NCBI RefSeq assembly: GCF_001194135.2
Contig: NC_068984.1
Coordinates: 4,734,477-4,798,476, forward strand
Direction: 5' to 3'
Origin: Octopus bimaculoides
Taxonomy: Eukaryota
DNA length: 64,000 bases
Below the pieces are notes generated by a model. The model saw nothing but the letters and a program-made list of their open reading frames with translations, was not told the DNA's origin and did no database searches. This document shows, piece by piece, positions 37,701-50,099 of this stretch. The position numbers and the translations under genes were made by a program. Each line of letters starts with the position of its first letter. Within the stretch, counting starts at the first letter, position 1.

Positions 37701-38660
37701 AGAAGAAAGTCCAAAAGAAGGGAAGACGGAGGAAGAAAATCGCCAACGGTTCACACGTGGTTATATTTTGAAATGACCTGAAGGGAATGGGTGAAGAAAA
37801 AGTTCTTTCTAAGACAGGAGAGAGCAAAGAAGGAGGTATGTGTGTGTAATAATAGCACGTGTGTGTGTGCGTATGTGCGTGTGTGTGTGTCTGTGGTTTT
37901 GGCTGTTTATATGTATGTGTGTGAGTGGGCTTTGTGTCGCTTAATGTCGCAAGAAGAATTTATAGTAGGAGTGGCTGTCTTTTGTGTATATGTCTCTTCA
38001 CATGTGCGTAGGAGAATGGTCAGTAGAAAGGTGTTTAACTGGTAGTTTGAAGTATACGTGTGTGCCTGTGTCTGTATATGTTGTGTATGTGTGTGTATGT
38101 GTGGTATATACGTGTGCGTGAGGTTGTGTGTGGGGTTGTGTCTGTGGAGTAAATGTGCGTTACTCTGTGTGTGTGTGCGTGTGTGCGCGTGTATATGCGT
38201 GTGTGTGTATGTCCATGTATGTATAATTGCGTGTGTGTATGTATAATTGCGTGTGTGTATGTATGCGTGTGTGGGAGGTATGTGTGGGTTCATTTGCGTG
38301 TACGTGTGTGTGTATGTGTGCGTATGTGTGTGCATGTGTATATATGTGTGTGCGTGTGTATTTTGTGTGTGTGCATGAGTGAGTGCAATGTATACATATA
38401 TACACACGAGGGACGAGGAGGATATTGAAAAGCCCCGGTTTTGGGTAAAAGAAAGCACTAGAGGATCAGTTAATTATAATTTAATTCAATGTGATCCCCT
38501 CTCAAATGCGGGAACGACGCTGTGGTAAGAAGCTTGCTTCCCAAAACGTGGTTTCGGGTTCGTCCCACTGTGACACCATGAGCAAGTGTCTTCTTTCTAC
38601 AATAGCTTCAAAGCCTTGCAAGTGGATTTCGTTGACGGAAACTGAAAGATCATATATATA

Positions 38661-39203
38661 TGTCCGTAAACGAAGAGGAGATAACTACTTCGAAATGCTT
38701 TCATCTCACGGTCTGGGTAGGTGGCGCTGTGAGCTGATATAAGTGTATACCCACTATTTGTCAGCAAACGGGATATATTTTCCGTGACAAAACGCAGTGA
38801 GTTGCTTGTTCCCCAGTTCGAACGTGCCTCAAGCATATTCGGACTGATAATAACATTACAATCTTACTTACCCCTGCTTAGCGCCCCCCCTCTGTAATTT
38901 ACTTGCAGTGTGCCGCTGCACAGCTCTGCCACTCGCCGTATGGCAACTGGAAAAGTATAAGAGAATCAGTCTCTTCAATCAGCTCGCAGCGCCGCCTGCC
39001 TGGTGTCCGTTACTGAAGAGGGGATAACTACTTCGAAACGCTTGCCTCTCGCGGTCTGGGTAGGTGGCGCTGTGAGCTGACATAGGTATATACACACCAT
39101 TTGTCAACAAACGGGATATATCTTCCGTGACAAAGCGCAGTGAGTAGCTTGTTCACCGGTTCGAACGTGCCTCGGGCATATTCGAACTGACAATAACATT
39201 GCA
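38661..39203 (+). mobile_element. Retrozyme-like tandem repeat: two 200-bp units (38661-38860, 39004-39203), period 343 bp, each beginning with a type I HHR
   Basis: Ungapped alignment gives 176/200 identity (counted by hand). HHR folds at 38664-38711 and 39007-39054, with many hairpins within the monomer. Confidence 0.65.
39007..39054 (+). ncRNA. Type I hammerhead ribozyme-like motif (intact core)
   Basis: CCGUUA-CUGAAGA-GGGG-auaacua-CUUC-GAA-ACG-cuug-CCU-C-UCGCGG. Predicted cleavage is after 39048. Stem III has one C-C mismatch; the sister copy has the paired AUG/CAU stem III with an AUC triplet but a mutated core (ACGAAGA). Confidence 0.6.
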
Positions 39204-39960
39204 ACATAGAATTTCTGTTCCCATAACTTAGCAGTTTGCCAAGAAAGATTGATAGAATACTAGATTTAAAAAAATAACTAATGGGGTTGATTTATTCGAT
39301 GAAAAATCCTTTAAGGAGGCACTGCTCCAGCATGGCCGCAGTAAAATGATTGAAGCATGTAAAAGAAAAGATGTATGCATGTAAATGTGTGTGTGTCTGT
39401 GCGTGTGTGTGTGTGTGTGCGTACGTGCGTGTGTGTGTGTGTGCGTACGTGCGTGAGCATGTGTGCGTACGTGCGTGAGCATGTGTGCGTACGTGCGTGA
39501 GCATGTGTGCGTACGTGCGTGTGTGTTCAAGCGCGCATCCGACGTGCGTACGTGCGTGCGCGTGTGTATGCAGTACAGAATTTCGAGGTTGTTCCTGAAA
39601 TGGAAAACTTTTTCTCTCAACAGACTTTTTGAAATAAATGACGAAATTAAAAATGATGAATGAGATATAAACTCTATGAAATGATTTCAAAGAATCGTTT
39701 CAATAATTTTGAGAATCTCATTTAGAAATTGTTGTTGTTCAGTTGCTATGGAGTAAAATCTATATTCATGGAGATAAACAACTTGTTACTTCTTTTTTTT
39801 ATGTACTCCGCATGCGTTTTTGGAACGGAAACAAAGATGTCTGCCTGTCTGTCTGTCTGTCTATCTATCTAACTAATTAACTATACATACATACATACAT
39901 ACATACATACATACATACATACATGCACACACACACACACACACACACACNNNNNNNNNN

Positions 39961-40016
<56 letters not shown>

Positions 40017-40086
40017 CACACACATATACACACACACCGACGTATATTTACATACATGCATACATATATATACATACACGCCTCTT

Positions 40087-40131
<45 letters not shown>

Positions 40132-41843
40132 GCGTCTATGTTTACAGACGTAAGAAAATTATATTAAGCACACACATATATACATAAATAATGTATGTGT
40201 GTGTCTGTATGTGCGTCAGTAATATTGAAGTCATGGAGAATATTGTAGGCATAAAAAACCTCTCTTGTGACGTAACAAACTAACATGGCAAGGTAATAAC
40301 ATTTGGTTTGTAATTTGGCAGAACTCCAGAGCCTCTATCGTGTGGAGAAATAACTATATTCTGTAAAATATCTCCTTACATATCGAAATGAAGATACATG
40401 ACTGACTTATGAGGCAATATTCATGTAAAAAGTTTTGAAAATTAATAGGACATCATTGAGAAAGAAATAAAACATACCGACTGCGTCCCTGGACTTTTTG
40501 AAGAATAGCATTAAGCACGAAAAATTTAATCTTGATGCTAGAAAAGGTGCCAATAATCCCCTCCAAATGTACAATCTGTGTTTGTACAAATTGTGTTTGT
40601 CTAAGTCTATCTCGTTGGCCGTTCAATTGACACACGAGCTCAATAATAAATATTCAGCAGCTGACAGAACACTTGTCTCATAATCTCGTATTAAATGTCT
40701 TTCCCTTGAGGATTTGAAGACACACATGTTTGTACACAATGTTCATTGCCGTGATTCTGCAGTGGATATAACCGAGAAGAGACATTGATTCGATAGTTTA
40801 AAAACTGTTCTTTGTTTCTTATAACAAGGGAGGTAGGTTTGATTGCCATTTTTGGCAGGCTGAGCAGCCACGCAGAGGTTTCCTTCTTGCCTCCATAAGT
40901 ATTTTGACACCATTCTTCTCTGTAGCGGGGACAGCAGTTAATATAAGTAAATATAAAACCAAATAAACGTCATAAAGCATCCCAGCTGCTATTGTTGTTT
41001 AACCCTAGGTCAGGTCCGGCCGAGCAGACCTTTGGTGAAATGTATTCCAGCAATGACCGTTCCGTCTTGCTACAGTTAACTAGGACTGCATTATCTAATT
41101 GATGTTTTCCTTATTCAAAATAGTAGTGTGTGGTTTGAGGGAGATTTGATCTTTCTTCTAGCAAGCTGAACAACCATATCAAGGTTCCTGTGTCAATTCA
41201 TTCGTTAAGTCAATAACTGTAGAACGTCTACGGTTATTTTGAAAACTGTAAAATGGTTGGAAGTTTCTAGAGAATTATGGAATTGTATTTTGTTTGAAAC
41301 ATTAGTCTTTAGATGGGTTAAAAGTCCACCTAATTGAATGTGCAATTTAAAGAGACAATACCTCTGAAAGCTTTAGTCCTTTTTATACACTTGCCAACCT
41401 CTTCTACTTTGAGAATTATCTATCGTTTTTCATTTTACGTCAACAAGAAAACAATCTTAACTCTGAAACAAAACCAGAGACATTGTATTATTCTACGACT
41501 GTAGAAATGATTTAATAAAACTTTAAAAAATCTTAATATGTAATGTTGCAACTTGAATTCAAATAACAGAGAAAAGTCCATATAGTAAGACTTGAACCCA
41601 TATTCGCAGTGAATGATGTTGCTACCGAATTGAGCCGTGGATTCTAAAAACATGGAATATATGAGTAATATAAGCACAGGTGTGGCTCTCTGGTTAAAAA
41701 CTTCACTTCCTAAATGTATTTTTTTGGTTCGATCCACTACACAGCAACTTGTGTAAAAGTTTACGATAATCTTAAGATGATTAAAGCCTTGAGGGAAATT
41801 TGGCAGACAGAAAAAGTATGGAAGCCCATCCTGCGTGCATATA

Positions 41844-43124
41844 TTGGGTTGGCAAGAAAGTAATTTCGTTTCTCGCAAACAGAGTTACGATTCTTTAAAA
41901 TGAATTTTGTGAATGTTATGATTTTTTTCCTTTTGACATTTGATAGCCGTTACCTTTAGCTTACTGTAGAAGCAAATTGCACGTAAGTTTGTCTACACCT
42001 GTTAGTTCAGTGTCAATTTTAACATGGAGTGCAAAAACGAACATTTTCTCTATATTTTGCTTTTTTATTTCCGTAAAGGCAAGAAAGCTGCTGGGGCTCA
42101 CAAAGAGATATGTGAAGTTTATGGTGTTCATTGCTTAACGCAGAACGCACATATTAGAAATGGTTTTAAGAAATTCCGTTCTGGAGATTTTTCACTCAAA
42201 GATAACCAACGTTCTGGTCGACCTGCTGAGGTTGATGATGACCGAATCAAAACCATAATTGAATCTAATTATCATATAACTGTGCGAGAGATTGCAGAGA
42301 GGTTAAATGTATCACACACAAGAATTGAAAATCATTTAAAATGTCTTGGAGTCGTTAAGAAGGTCGATATTTGGGTTCCACATAAATTGAAGGAGATTCA
42401 CTTAACACAACGAATAAATATTTGCGATGTGCATCTCAAACGCAGTGAAATCGACCTTGTTTTGAAACGAATCACCACTGGTGATGAAAAATGGATTGTC
42501 TAAAATAACATCAATAGAAAACGATCGTGGTTCAAGCGTAATGAACCAATACAAACCACATCGAAAGCTGAATTGCATCAAAAAAGGTCATACTGTCAAT
42601 TTGGTGGGATTACAAAGGTGTTATGTATGGTGATCTGCATCCAAGGATCCAAACGATCAATTCAGATGTTTACAGTCAACAACTAATGAAACTGGAGGAA
42701 TCGATCAAAGAAAGACGGCCAGAATTGGCAAATGGAATTGTAAAGGAATTGTGTTTCACCATGGCAACGCTAGACCAGACACGTCTTTGTTAACTCGTGA
42801 AAAATGATTGGAGCTTGGTTGGGAAGTGATGTCACGTCCACCATATAGACCTGACCTTGCATCATCAGATTACCATTTATTTCGAAGTTTGCAAAATTCT
42901 TTGAATGGTAAAACTTTCAATAATAATGATGACCTGAAATCGCACTTGCTTCACTTTTTGGCTGATAAGGACCAGAATTTCTATTAGCGTGGAATCATGA
43001 AGTTGCCAGAAAGATGACAAAAGGTCATCGAACAAAATGGAAAATACATAATTGATTAAAATTAATTCTTTCTATGAAAAAAATTACTTATTTCACGCTA
43101 AAAAACCAAAATTACTTTTTTGCC
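41844..43124 (+). mobile_element. Mariner transposon, near full length, inactive
   Basis: TA|TTGGGTTGGCAAGAAAGTAATT left TIR. The right TIR AATTACTTTTTTGCCA lacks its outer end and runs into (TA)n. Confidence 0.95.
42024..43059 (+). pseudogene. Mariner (D,D34D-type) transposase pseudogene
   Basis: HTH region, WVPHKL, TGDEKW, HHGNARP, PPYRPDLASSDYHLF and KVIEQNGKYIID* motifs. In-frame stop at 42501-42503 plus further stops and frameshifts. Confidence 0.95.
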
Positions 43125-43134
43125 ATATATATAT

Positions 43135-43339
43135 ATTATGGAGATGTACTTGCATAGCAAGTGACCTGATCTGAGATCGTGTGCTGAAGCAAAAACATTT
43201 GCAGCGTGGAAGGTGTTTATATGCCATTTAAAAACATACAAAAACCGTTAGATTCACCTCAACATTTAAATTTGATTTGTCAAAATATTTTCGTCGCTTT
43301 GAGACCGCGACCTGTTCACTGACAAAGTTCCTTGCTGCA
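43135..43339 (-). mobile_element. Second copy of the ~200-bp HHR-bearing pseudo-LTR-like element
   Basis: Highly similar to 12402-12607, without the inverted duplication. Confidence 0.65.
43276..43326 (-). ncRNA. Minimal type I HHR-like motif, G3:C8 variant (best copy)
   Basis: UUUGUCA-GUGAACA-G-GUCGC-ggucucaaa-GCGAC-GAAA-AUAUU-U-UGACAAA, with perfect 7-bp stem I and 5-bp stem II. Confidence 0.65.
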
Positions 43340-43799
43340 TATATATATGTTCGGGCGCAGATCTATGGCCTCTCGAGACCGACGGATGCCTACTACTAAA
43401 TATATGTACATACACACGTACACATATAAATCTGTGTGTGAATGTTTTACGTTTATGTCGCTTAAAATCAGTAGTGTTTGTTGATATGCCGTACCATATC
43501 GGTTCGGCAAATACAGATTAATAAAATAAGTACCCAAGCTAAAATAGCGACCAGGGCCGAGTCGAATAAGCTCGTCTACATTCCTGAAGATCTCACCATT
43601 TTTCCTCGTTGTAGCAAAATATTTCAAATTATACGTCTTTATTTTATATACAAAGACATCAAGACAAAAACACTTCAAACAAACATAGGCGTCTGCACCC
43701 CACCACTACCACGTCTAGTAACGGCTTACTGCTTAGTGAATTTGAGTTACTTCCCTTAGTGTTACATAAAACGTGCGTAGGAATTTATAGATTAAAGTA

Positions 43800-44000
43800 A
43801 AGCAGCGAGCTGGAAGAATCGTCAACACGCCGGACAAGACGCTTAGCGACATTTTGTCCGTCTTTACGTTCTGAGTTCAAATTGCCTTTCATTCTTTCGG
43901 GGTCAACAAAATAAGTAGCAGTTTAGCACTGGGGTCAATTTAATCGACTTGGCCCCCTCCCTCAAAACTGCTGGCCTTGTGTCAAAATTTGAAACCATTA
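43800..44000 (+). mobile_element. SINE family B
   Basis: GCAGCGAGCTGGAAGAATCG...GAGTTCAAATTG...CTTTCGGGGTCAACAAAATAAGTAG. Confidence 0.75.
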
Positions 44001-45842
44001 TGTAGATTAAAGTTGTTATAAAGACTGGAATAAATCCAATCTATTTGGTTACAATTGTGCTGGAAATAATCTGTGGAAGATGAACATGACGTAACCATCT
44101 CATTACTTGTTGTTTAATCTCAGGTTGGCCCCTCATGGGGAAGATCTATAGTCAAAACCATTCCAGCTCAGTTGTGGTCATCCAGTCTTTTACTTCAGTG
44201 CACAGAACAAAAGCACATTATCTAATCTCTTCAGTTTTTAAAGACAACAGGGGTTCATTTGAGGAAGATCTAACGCTCGTTTCTAGCAGATCAAAGGACG
44301 AAGCAGGGACTTTCTCGTTTGCTCACGATTTCACAGAAAGAATTGAAACAAACTAAAGCTCAAGGGGTGATAGACAGTTTATCATAATACAGATTTAAAT
44401 AATCGGACAAAGGGTCAATATATCTTATCACAACTTTGTTAAAAATAAAGAAAAGAAAGAATAAGAGGTGTTGGTATCGTTGATGTGCAGAGATGTGTGA
44501 GGAATGATATAATATCTTAAAGAGAACATTTACTGTTAGCTTTATTCCAGGTAGTTTTATGTCTTATTTACAATCACTGACACTAGCGCACAGATTTCAA
44601 CGTGTGAGTTATGGTGTCTGCGTGGAGGACAATCGATAAACATGACAAGGCATATAAAGACAAGTAGCAACACGATGGGGTGACTAAATATCATTTCTAT
44701 ATAAAACTGGAAAGAGGGCGATATAAACTCATCAAACTGAAATGAGTCTGAAGAAGGGGAGAAGAGTGTATTCAGGGAACCCATGATTGGTGGCAGGAAG
44801 TTATCTTCAAACCTGGCTCAAATGCTTTCAAGAGAGTGGGCATCGCTAAAGGTAGCCTAGGGCTTAGTTGTGGTGTTAAATCGGAAGATGGATTAAGTGC
44901 ACCGTCCAAGAACAGACGGGCTTCCACGCAGTTTTCGTCGCTGACAAATTTCATTTACAAACCTATGTTTGACTCCTGGATTTGGTAGAAGACAAACGCT
45001 GTCTGACCGAGTTGTTTGATAGAAAAAAAAATTGAAGTCTGAGGAGCCATTAGATTCCAGCTTAAACGACTGAGAAGCCCAGGGGGCATCTCTAGTGCTT
45101 TCAATAGTAATATCAATAATTAAAAACTAGTGCTCGAGAGAAGATAATCAGCTTATTTACGTCTCAAATAAAAATCCATGACAGGAAAAAATGAAAACAA
45201 GAATAAATGGCCGTTGTGGAAGCGATATCTTATTGCATTTTAAATATTCACATTTCTAGACACCATTAGCACTTGTTTTTTTATATTCATCATTTTGTGA
45301 TGGATAAGCGAGTATATTTATTATATTTACATATTTCTATTTTTCTATAATTGTCACACAATTGAATGTTGGCTCTCAACCATTGATGGAACTAAATATG
45401 TGAATGGACAGCTTTATGTATTTGCCAGCGAAAGCCATTCGATGTCTGTAAGTTATTACAAGAAATGACACACTGGTGAGTTCTATTAAATAACTTAAAA
45501 TGATTTTAGGTCTAAGTGAAAATTTCGCCAAGACGGAATATCTCCGGAACTATTTCAATAAATACCAGGCATGAATCATGTTTAGTTTAATCGATTATAG
45601 TCTTTCTCTGCAAATTGGCACCGTTGTACCAAAATGAAAGATTCTTACTGTTGTAGCTGAATCGATGGAACAGAAGTGTTCAAGTCTTTACATTCGGACT
45701 GCGCCGAAGCTAACTTTTCCTTTCATGCCCCAGGGGCCACTAAAACAAAACGCCTCTGGTTAGTTCTGTTGTGTTTAGCCCCAGGTCAGTCTTGACATAA
45801 CAGACATATTTAGAAGTAATCCAATCATAATCATCATTATAG

Positions 45843-46020
45843 GCGCAGGCATGGCTGTATGGTCAAGAAGCTCCTTTGCAACCACGTGGTTACAGGTTCA
45901 ACCCCACTGCATGGCACTTTGGATAAGTATCTTCTACAAAAGCCTCAGGCTGATCAATGCCTTAAGCGTGACTTATCTAGACAGAAATTGTGTGGAAACC
46001 CGCCATGTGCGCGTGCGCAC
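45843..46020 (+). mobile_element. SINE family A left arm
   Basis: GGCGCAGGCATGGCTGTATGGTCAAGAAGC...GGTTCAACCCCACTG. Confidence 0.75.
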
Positions 46021-46351
46021 ACACACAATCACATAATTGTTAAAGAGGACAACAAACATTAAGGCAAGGCAAACATCTCAAGTCATATACATTATTATTT
46101 TTGGGAAAAAATTCAGTCTAACAGCTGTTTCTGGAATATCCCTGAGTATGGGATATTCCGTCATCGGAGACAAATAGGGAAAATGAGAAAGTTATAGATT
46201 AATGAAAAGACGACATAGAGAACAGGAGTAAAGGAATAAGGAGATCAAAGAGAAGAAAAAAGAAGCATAAAAGTTCACAGTTCAACTTTCCAATCTTGTA
46301 GAAATAAGTCCATAAGTCCTTAGATCACCTGTGAACTAAATCCCCATATTT

Positions 46352-46389
<38 letters not shown>

Positions 46390-46595
46390 AATATGTCTGT
46401 GTTTCTCCCTCAACCGCTTCGCAACCGGTGTTGGTTTGTTTATGTCCACGGTATTTAGCGGTTTGGTATAAGAGACCGATAAATTAAGTACCAGACTTAA
46501 CATAAATACTGGGTTCAATTTGTTCGACTAAAACCCTTTAAAGTGGTGTCCCAGCATGGTCGCAGTTCATCCTGAAGCACGTAAAAGGTAAGAAG
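46390..46595 (+). mobile_element. SINE family A right arm
   Basis: CCGCTTCGCAACCGGTGTTGGT...CCCAGCATGGTCGCAG. Confidence 0.75.
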
Positions 46596-48199
46596 ATAAC
46601 TATCGCGTTCTTTTCTGCACAAAATATTTCTCCACAATATATTTCAATAAAATACCTTAGGCCGAACTNNNNNNNNNNNNNNNNNNNNNNNNNNNNNNNN
46701 NNNNNNNNNNNNNNNNNNNNNNNNNNNNNNNNNNNNNNNNNNNNNNNNNNNNNNNCCTTACATACAGCAAAATCGAGAATTTTACCGATTGACGATTTTT
46801 GAAAAACAGCTTTCGATTGAAGGAACTGCATTCAGTTTACCAAAATAGCTTTATGGCAGAGTCAGTTATTTTCTAACTAAAGGTTTTGGTAGATCTGTCT
46901 CATTTTTTATTACCTTATTCTATTTTTTTAAATCTCTGAGTCTATTGTCGTATTTGCGAGAGAAATATTTGTAGAGTAAATATATTTAGAAGTGCTGCAT
47001 GTATCTTATTAGAAGAATTCTTACAGAGAAGAAGAATAAATTTAGGAACTATATATTTATTACATAAAATATATTTTTTTCACTGGTTGTCGATGAAACA
47101 TAATCAAAATGTAGAAACCAATTGAATGAAATAATCTATGCAAGAAAGTTCAGAAATGTAGAAATAACAGCTAAATAGTGGTTTTTAGTAATGTGGCATA
47201 GGGAAATAGACGGACATAGCAACGACGTGAATGGCTCTGAGTCTAATCGACAAAGAAGGGCAGGGCAAGCAAACTGATTTTATTAATGGAACGTTAGACA
47301 TTCTAGAAACTTCCAAGAGAAACGCGAAACTTCTTGAATAATAAAAAAATACTTCTCATGAAATATAATCTTACTAAAGGGAGATTACTCTATAACACTT
47401 CTTGCGAGATTATATCATTCAACTATTTTAGCTACAGACGACAGACTACTACATATTCATGGCCACTAAAAAAAAAAAAAGGTTAAGAATGAAACACAAG
47501 CCTCAGTTGTTCTTATGTTGCGTCCGTGAATTAAATGAACTTAATTTAAATAAATTCACTGGTTTTGATTTCGTTTCTCCAAAGAAATTACTTGAAAAAT
47601 CATGGACCGCATATTTGTAAGTGAAATAGGCAAATTATGACGTCATAATTGAAATGTATTGACATTTTCAAACGAAATTCAAGGAAAGGGGAAAAAATAT
47701 TGAATATATTCTGTGTGCTGAAAACTCATGATTAAAATATCATCATAATACTGTCTTCAGATTCTATAAAATGGTGCGTTTCATGAAGTCATTGAAACAG
47801 TGTGCGATGCACAGAAAAACTCAGCTCTTATAAATATAGATTAGACGTCACATTTGTTCTACAAAAGAACTCACATTGTTAGTATCTTTTTTGTTATGTA
47901 TATAAAACACGCATACCACTCTCCCACTCTCTCACTCTTCCTATTTCTTCCCCTCTCTTTCTCTAGCAATACTCAATTGGAAGGTTCTTTAACACGAAAC
48001 CGTTCGGTAACATGAAATGGAAGTTTACGTAACTAAATCTATAATATTGCATAAATAATATATTGACTATTGTCTAATACACGAATGCCTGTATTTTTCT
48101 AACTTCTGAAAATTTATTGGACAATTATGTTTATATATATAAGTTTTAGACACTTTGATTACATCCATTTGCTTACAATCATATCTGTATTAGACATAT

Positions 48200-48647
48200 A
48201 TAAATATAAACACAAACACATACACACACATCCATATATATATATAGAAACACATTTACATATATATACACCCATATATATGTGTATATGTATCATACAC
48301 ACACACACACATATATATATACATATATATATACATACATACATATATATACATATCTATACATATATATACATGCATATATATACATATATATACATAT
48401 ACATATATATATATACATATACATATGTATATATACATATACATATGTATATATACATATATATGTATATACACACACACATATATATATACATATATGT
48501 GCATATACATATATATATACATATACATATATATATATATGCATGTATATGTGTGTATGTATACATATATGTATATATGTGCCTATATATATATATATAC
48601 ACGTATATATATGTGTGTGTATGCATATATATGTATCTGTATATATA
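48200..48647. repeat. Compound (TA)/(CA)/(ATAC) low-complexity tract
   Basis: Alternating purine-pyrimidine run ending at a gap. Confidence 0.9.
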
Positions 48648-49112
48648 NNNNNNNNNNNNNNNNNNNNNNNNNNNNNNNNNNNNNNNNNNNNNNNNNNNNN
48701 NNNNNNNNNNNNNNNNNNNNNNNNNNNNNNNNNNNNNNNNNNNNNNNGTTATCTAAAATGAAAACAGGATTTTCTTCGTACATATTGATTGTTGTTAATA
48801 CTATGAAATTCTTAAAATTCTGCATAAGGATTATTGGATTTACCTGTCATACATAAGGGTTTACCTGGAATTTGTATTCTACATACATTTATTGGTATCT
48901 ACTTGTTGGAAATTTAACCTTATTCCTTTATACAGAACGCTTACTTGATATTTGCCAGGGTTTTTAAATCCCAGTTTTCTTCGTCTACATACATACATAC
49001 ACATATACATACATATATACATGGGAGAATTTACGAAAAAAGCAACAGACGAAGACAGGTGGTGTAAACAACAAATTGATGTATTAGTTTAACGCTCGGG
49101 AATAGAGAAAGT

Positions 49113-49147
49113 CTTTGCCGTTTCGAGCTATGCTCTTCAGCTGAAAG
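49113..49147 (-). ncRNA. Degenerate HHR-like motif
   Basis: Minus strand: CUUU-CAGCUGA-A-GAGC-aua-GCUC-GAAAC-GGC-AAAG. Stems I and II are intact; the core and triplet are mutated. Confidence 0.35.
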
Positions 49148-49945
49148 TAACACGGAAAGAAACAAGGAGAGAAACAAGGAGAAAAATAATATAAATGTAG
49201 TGGTCAGCGATCTGCATATATGTGGAGAAGTTGAATTATATTTCATCCTTTACTTTGGAGGGTTCCAAAGGGTGATTTCTAACGAAGATTCTTCATATTT
49301 TGCTGGTAGCTTACTTGTGCAAGCTTTTTGCGAATATGAAATTATTATTACATGTATATGGTGTGTTATGAGAATTTATGGAAAGGTATCCCATAGAAAC
49401 TCAACAAGTATGTTAAAAAATGGAGAAGAGAAGATGTTAAAATTTAACTGAATTTTAATACATGCATACAATCGTTTCGAACAGCAATATTAACATGGTA
49501 GAATAATTAAAATTAATTTGATTAAATTAAATTAATTACATCTCACTGTTCTCCTCAGTGCAAGAAGTATACAGCAGGAATTATTATTATGACAGAAAAC
49601 TTGATGAAGGAAATAGTAGATGACAAATTCGGATATACATATTTTATCATTATGAAAAGTTGAGATCATACTAAAGAATGTTATTGAGTCTAGTTGTGTA
49701 TAAACTAAAAACTGATGCAGCTAACGGTTATTTGAAAATATGAGTGAAAAATGTTTAAGAGACGTCCCCTCTATATAATAATAAGTAGATAAATAATTTA
49801 AACTCCTAATAAGTCATTTATCATAGAAAGTTTAATAGAGGTGTCCAATGGAAAGCCATAGTTATGCTTGAATTAGGGAATGAATTGACAGTTATAAGTA
49901 ATATTAGGTGTGTATTTCAAATTTTTTTTTTGTGTGAGGAGGAAT

Positions 49946-50019
49946 TTCAACCATGTTTCGTGGTCTGCTACCACAACAGCTCCTTTATAGGATCCAGTTA
50001 GCTCAAGACATCATCAGGA
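49946..50019 (-). ncRNA. Degenerate HHR-like motif with long stem-loop II
   Basis: Minus strand: CUC-CUGAUGA-UGUCU...~40 nt...AGACCAC-GAAAC-aug-GUU-GA. Confidence 0.35.
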
Positions 50020-50099
50020 GGAACCACTAGTAATATATAGTAGGCTGCTAGAATGCAACGAGAATAATAGTTAGTTGAAATACTTCAATAGCTATATAT

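Larger units (their letters stand above)
38512..39370 (+). mobile_element. SINE family A split by the HHR tandem repeat
   Basis: The left arm (38512-38660) ends in (TA)n. The right arm resumes at ~39215 (CCCATAACTTAGCAGTTTGCCAAG). Confidence 0.75.

Noticed and set aside
38661-39203. TRIM/mini-LTR interpretation (both 200-bp units start TG and end CA)
   Set aside because: No tRNA-complementary PBS, no clear PPT and no target-site duplication. The HHR folds and monomer-wide pairing fit a tandem ribozyme repeat better, though a TRIM is not fully excluded.
40250-40700. Overlapping 60-aa ORFs in unique-looking DNA
   Set aside because: No recognisable motifs or splice signals; lengths are within chance expectation.
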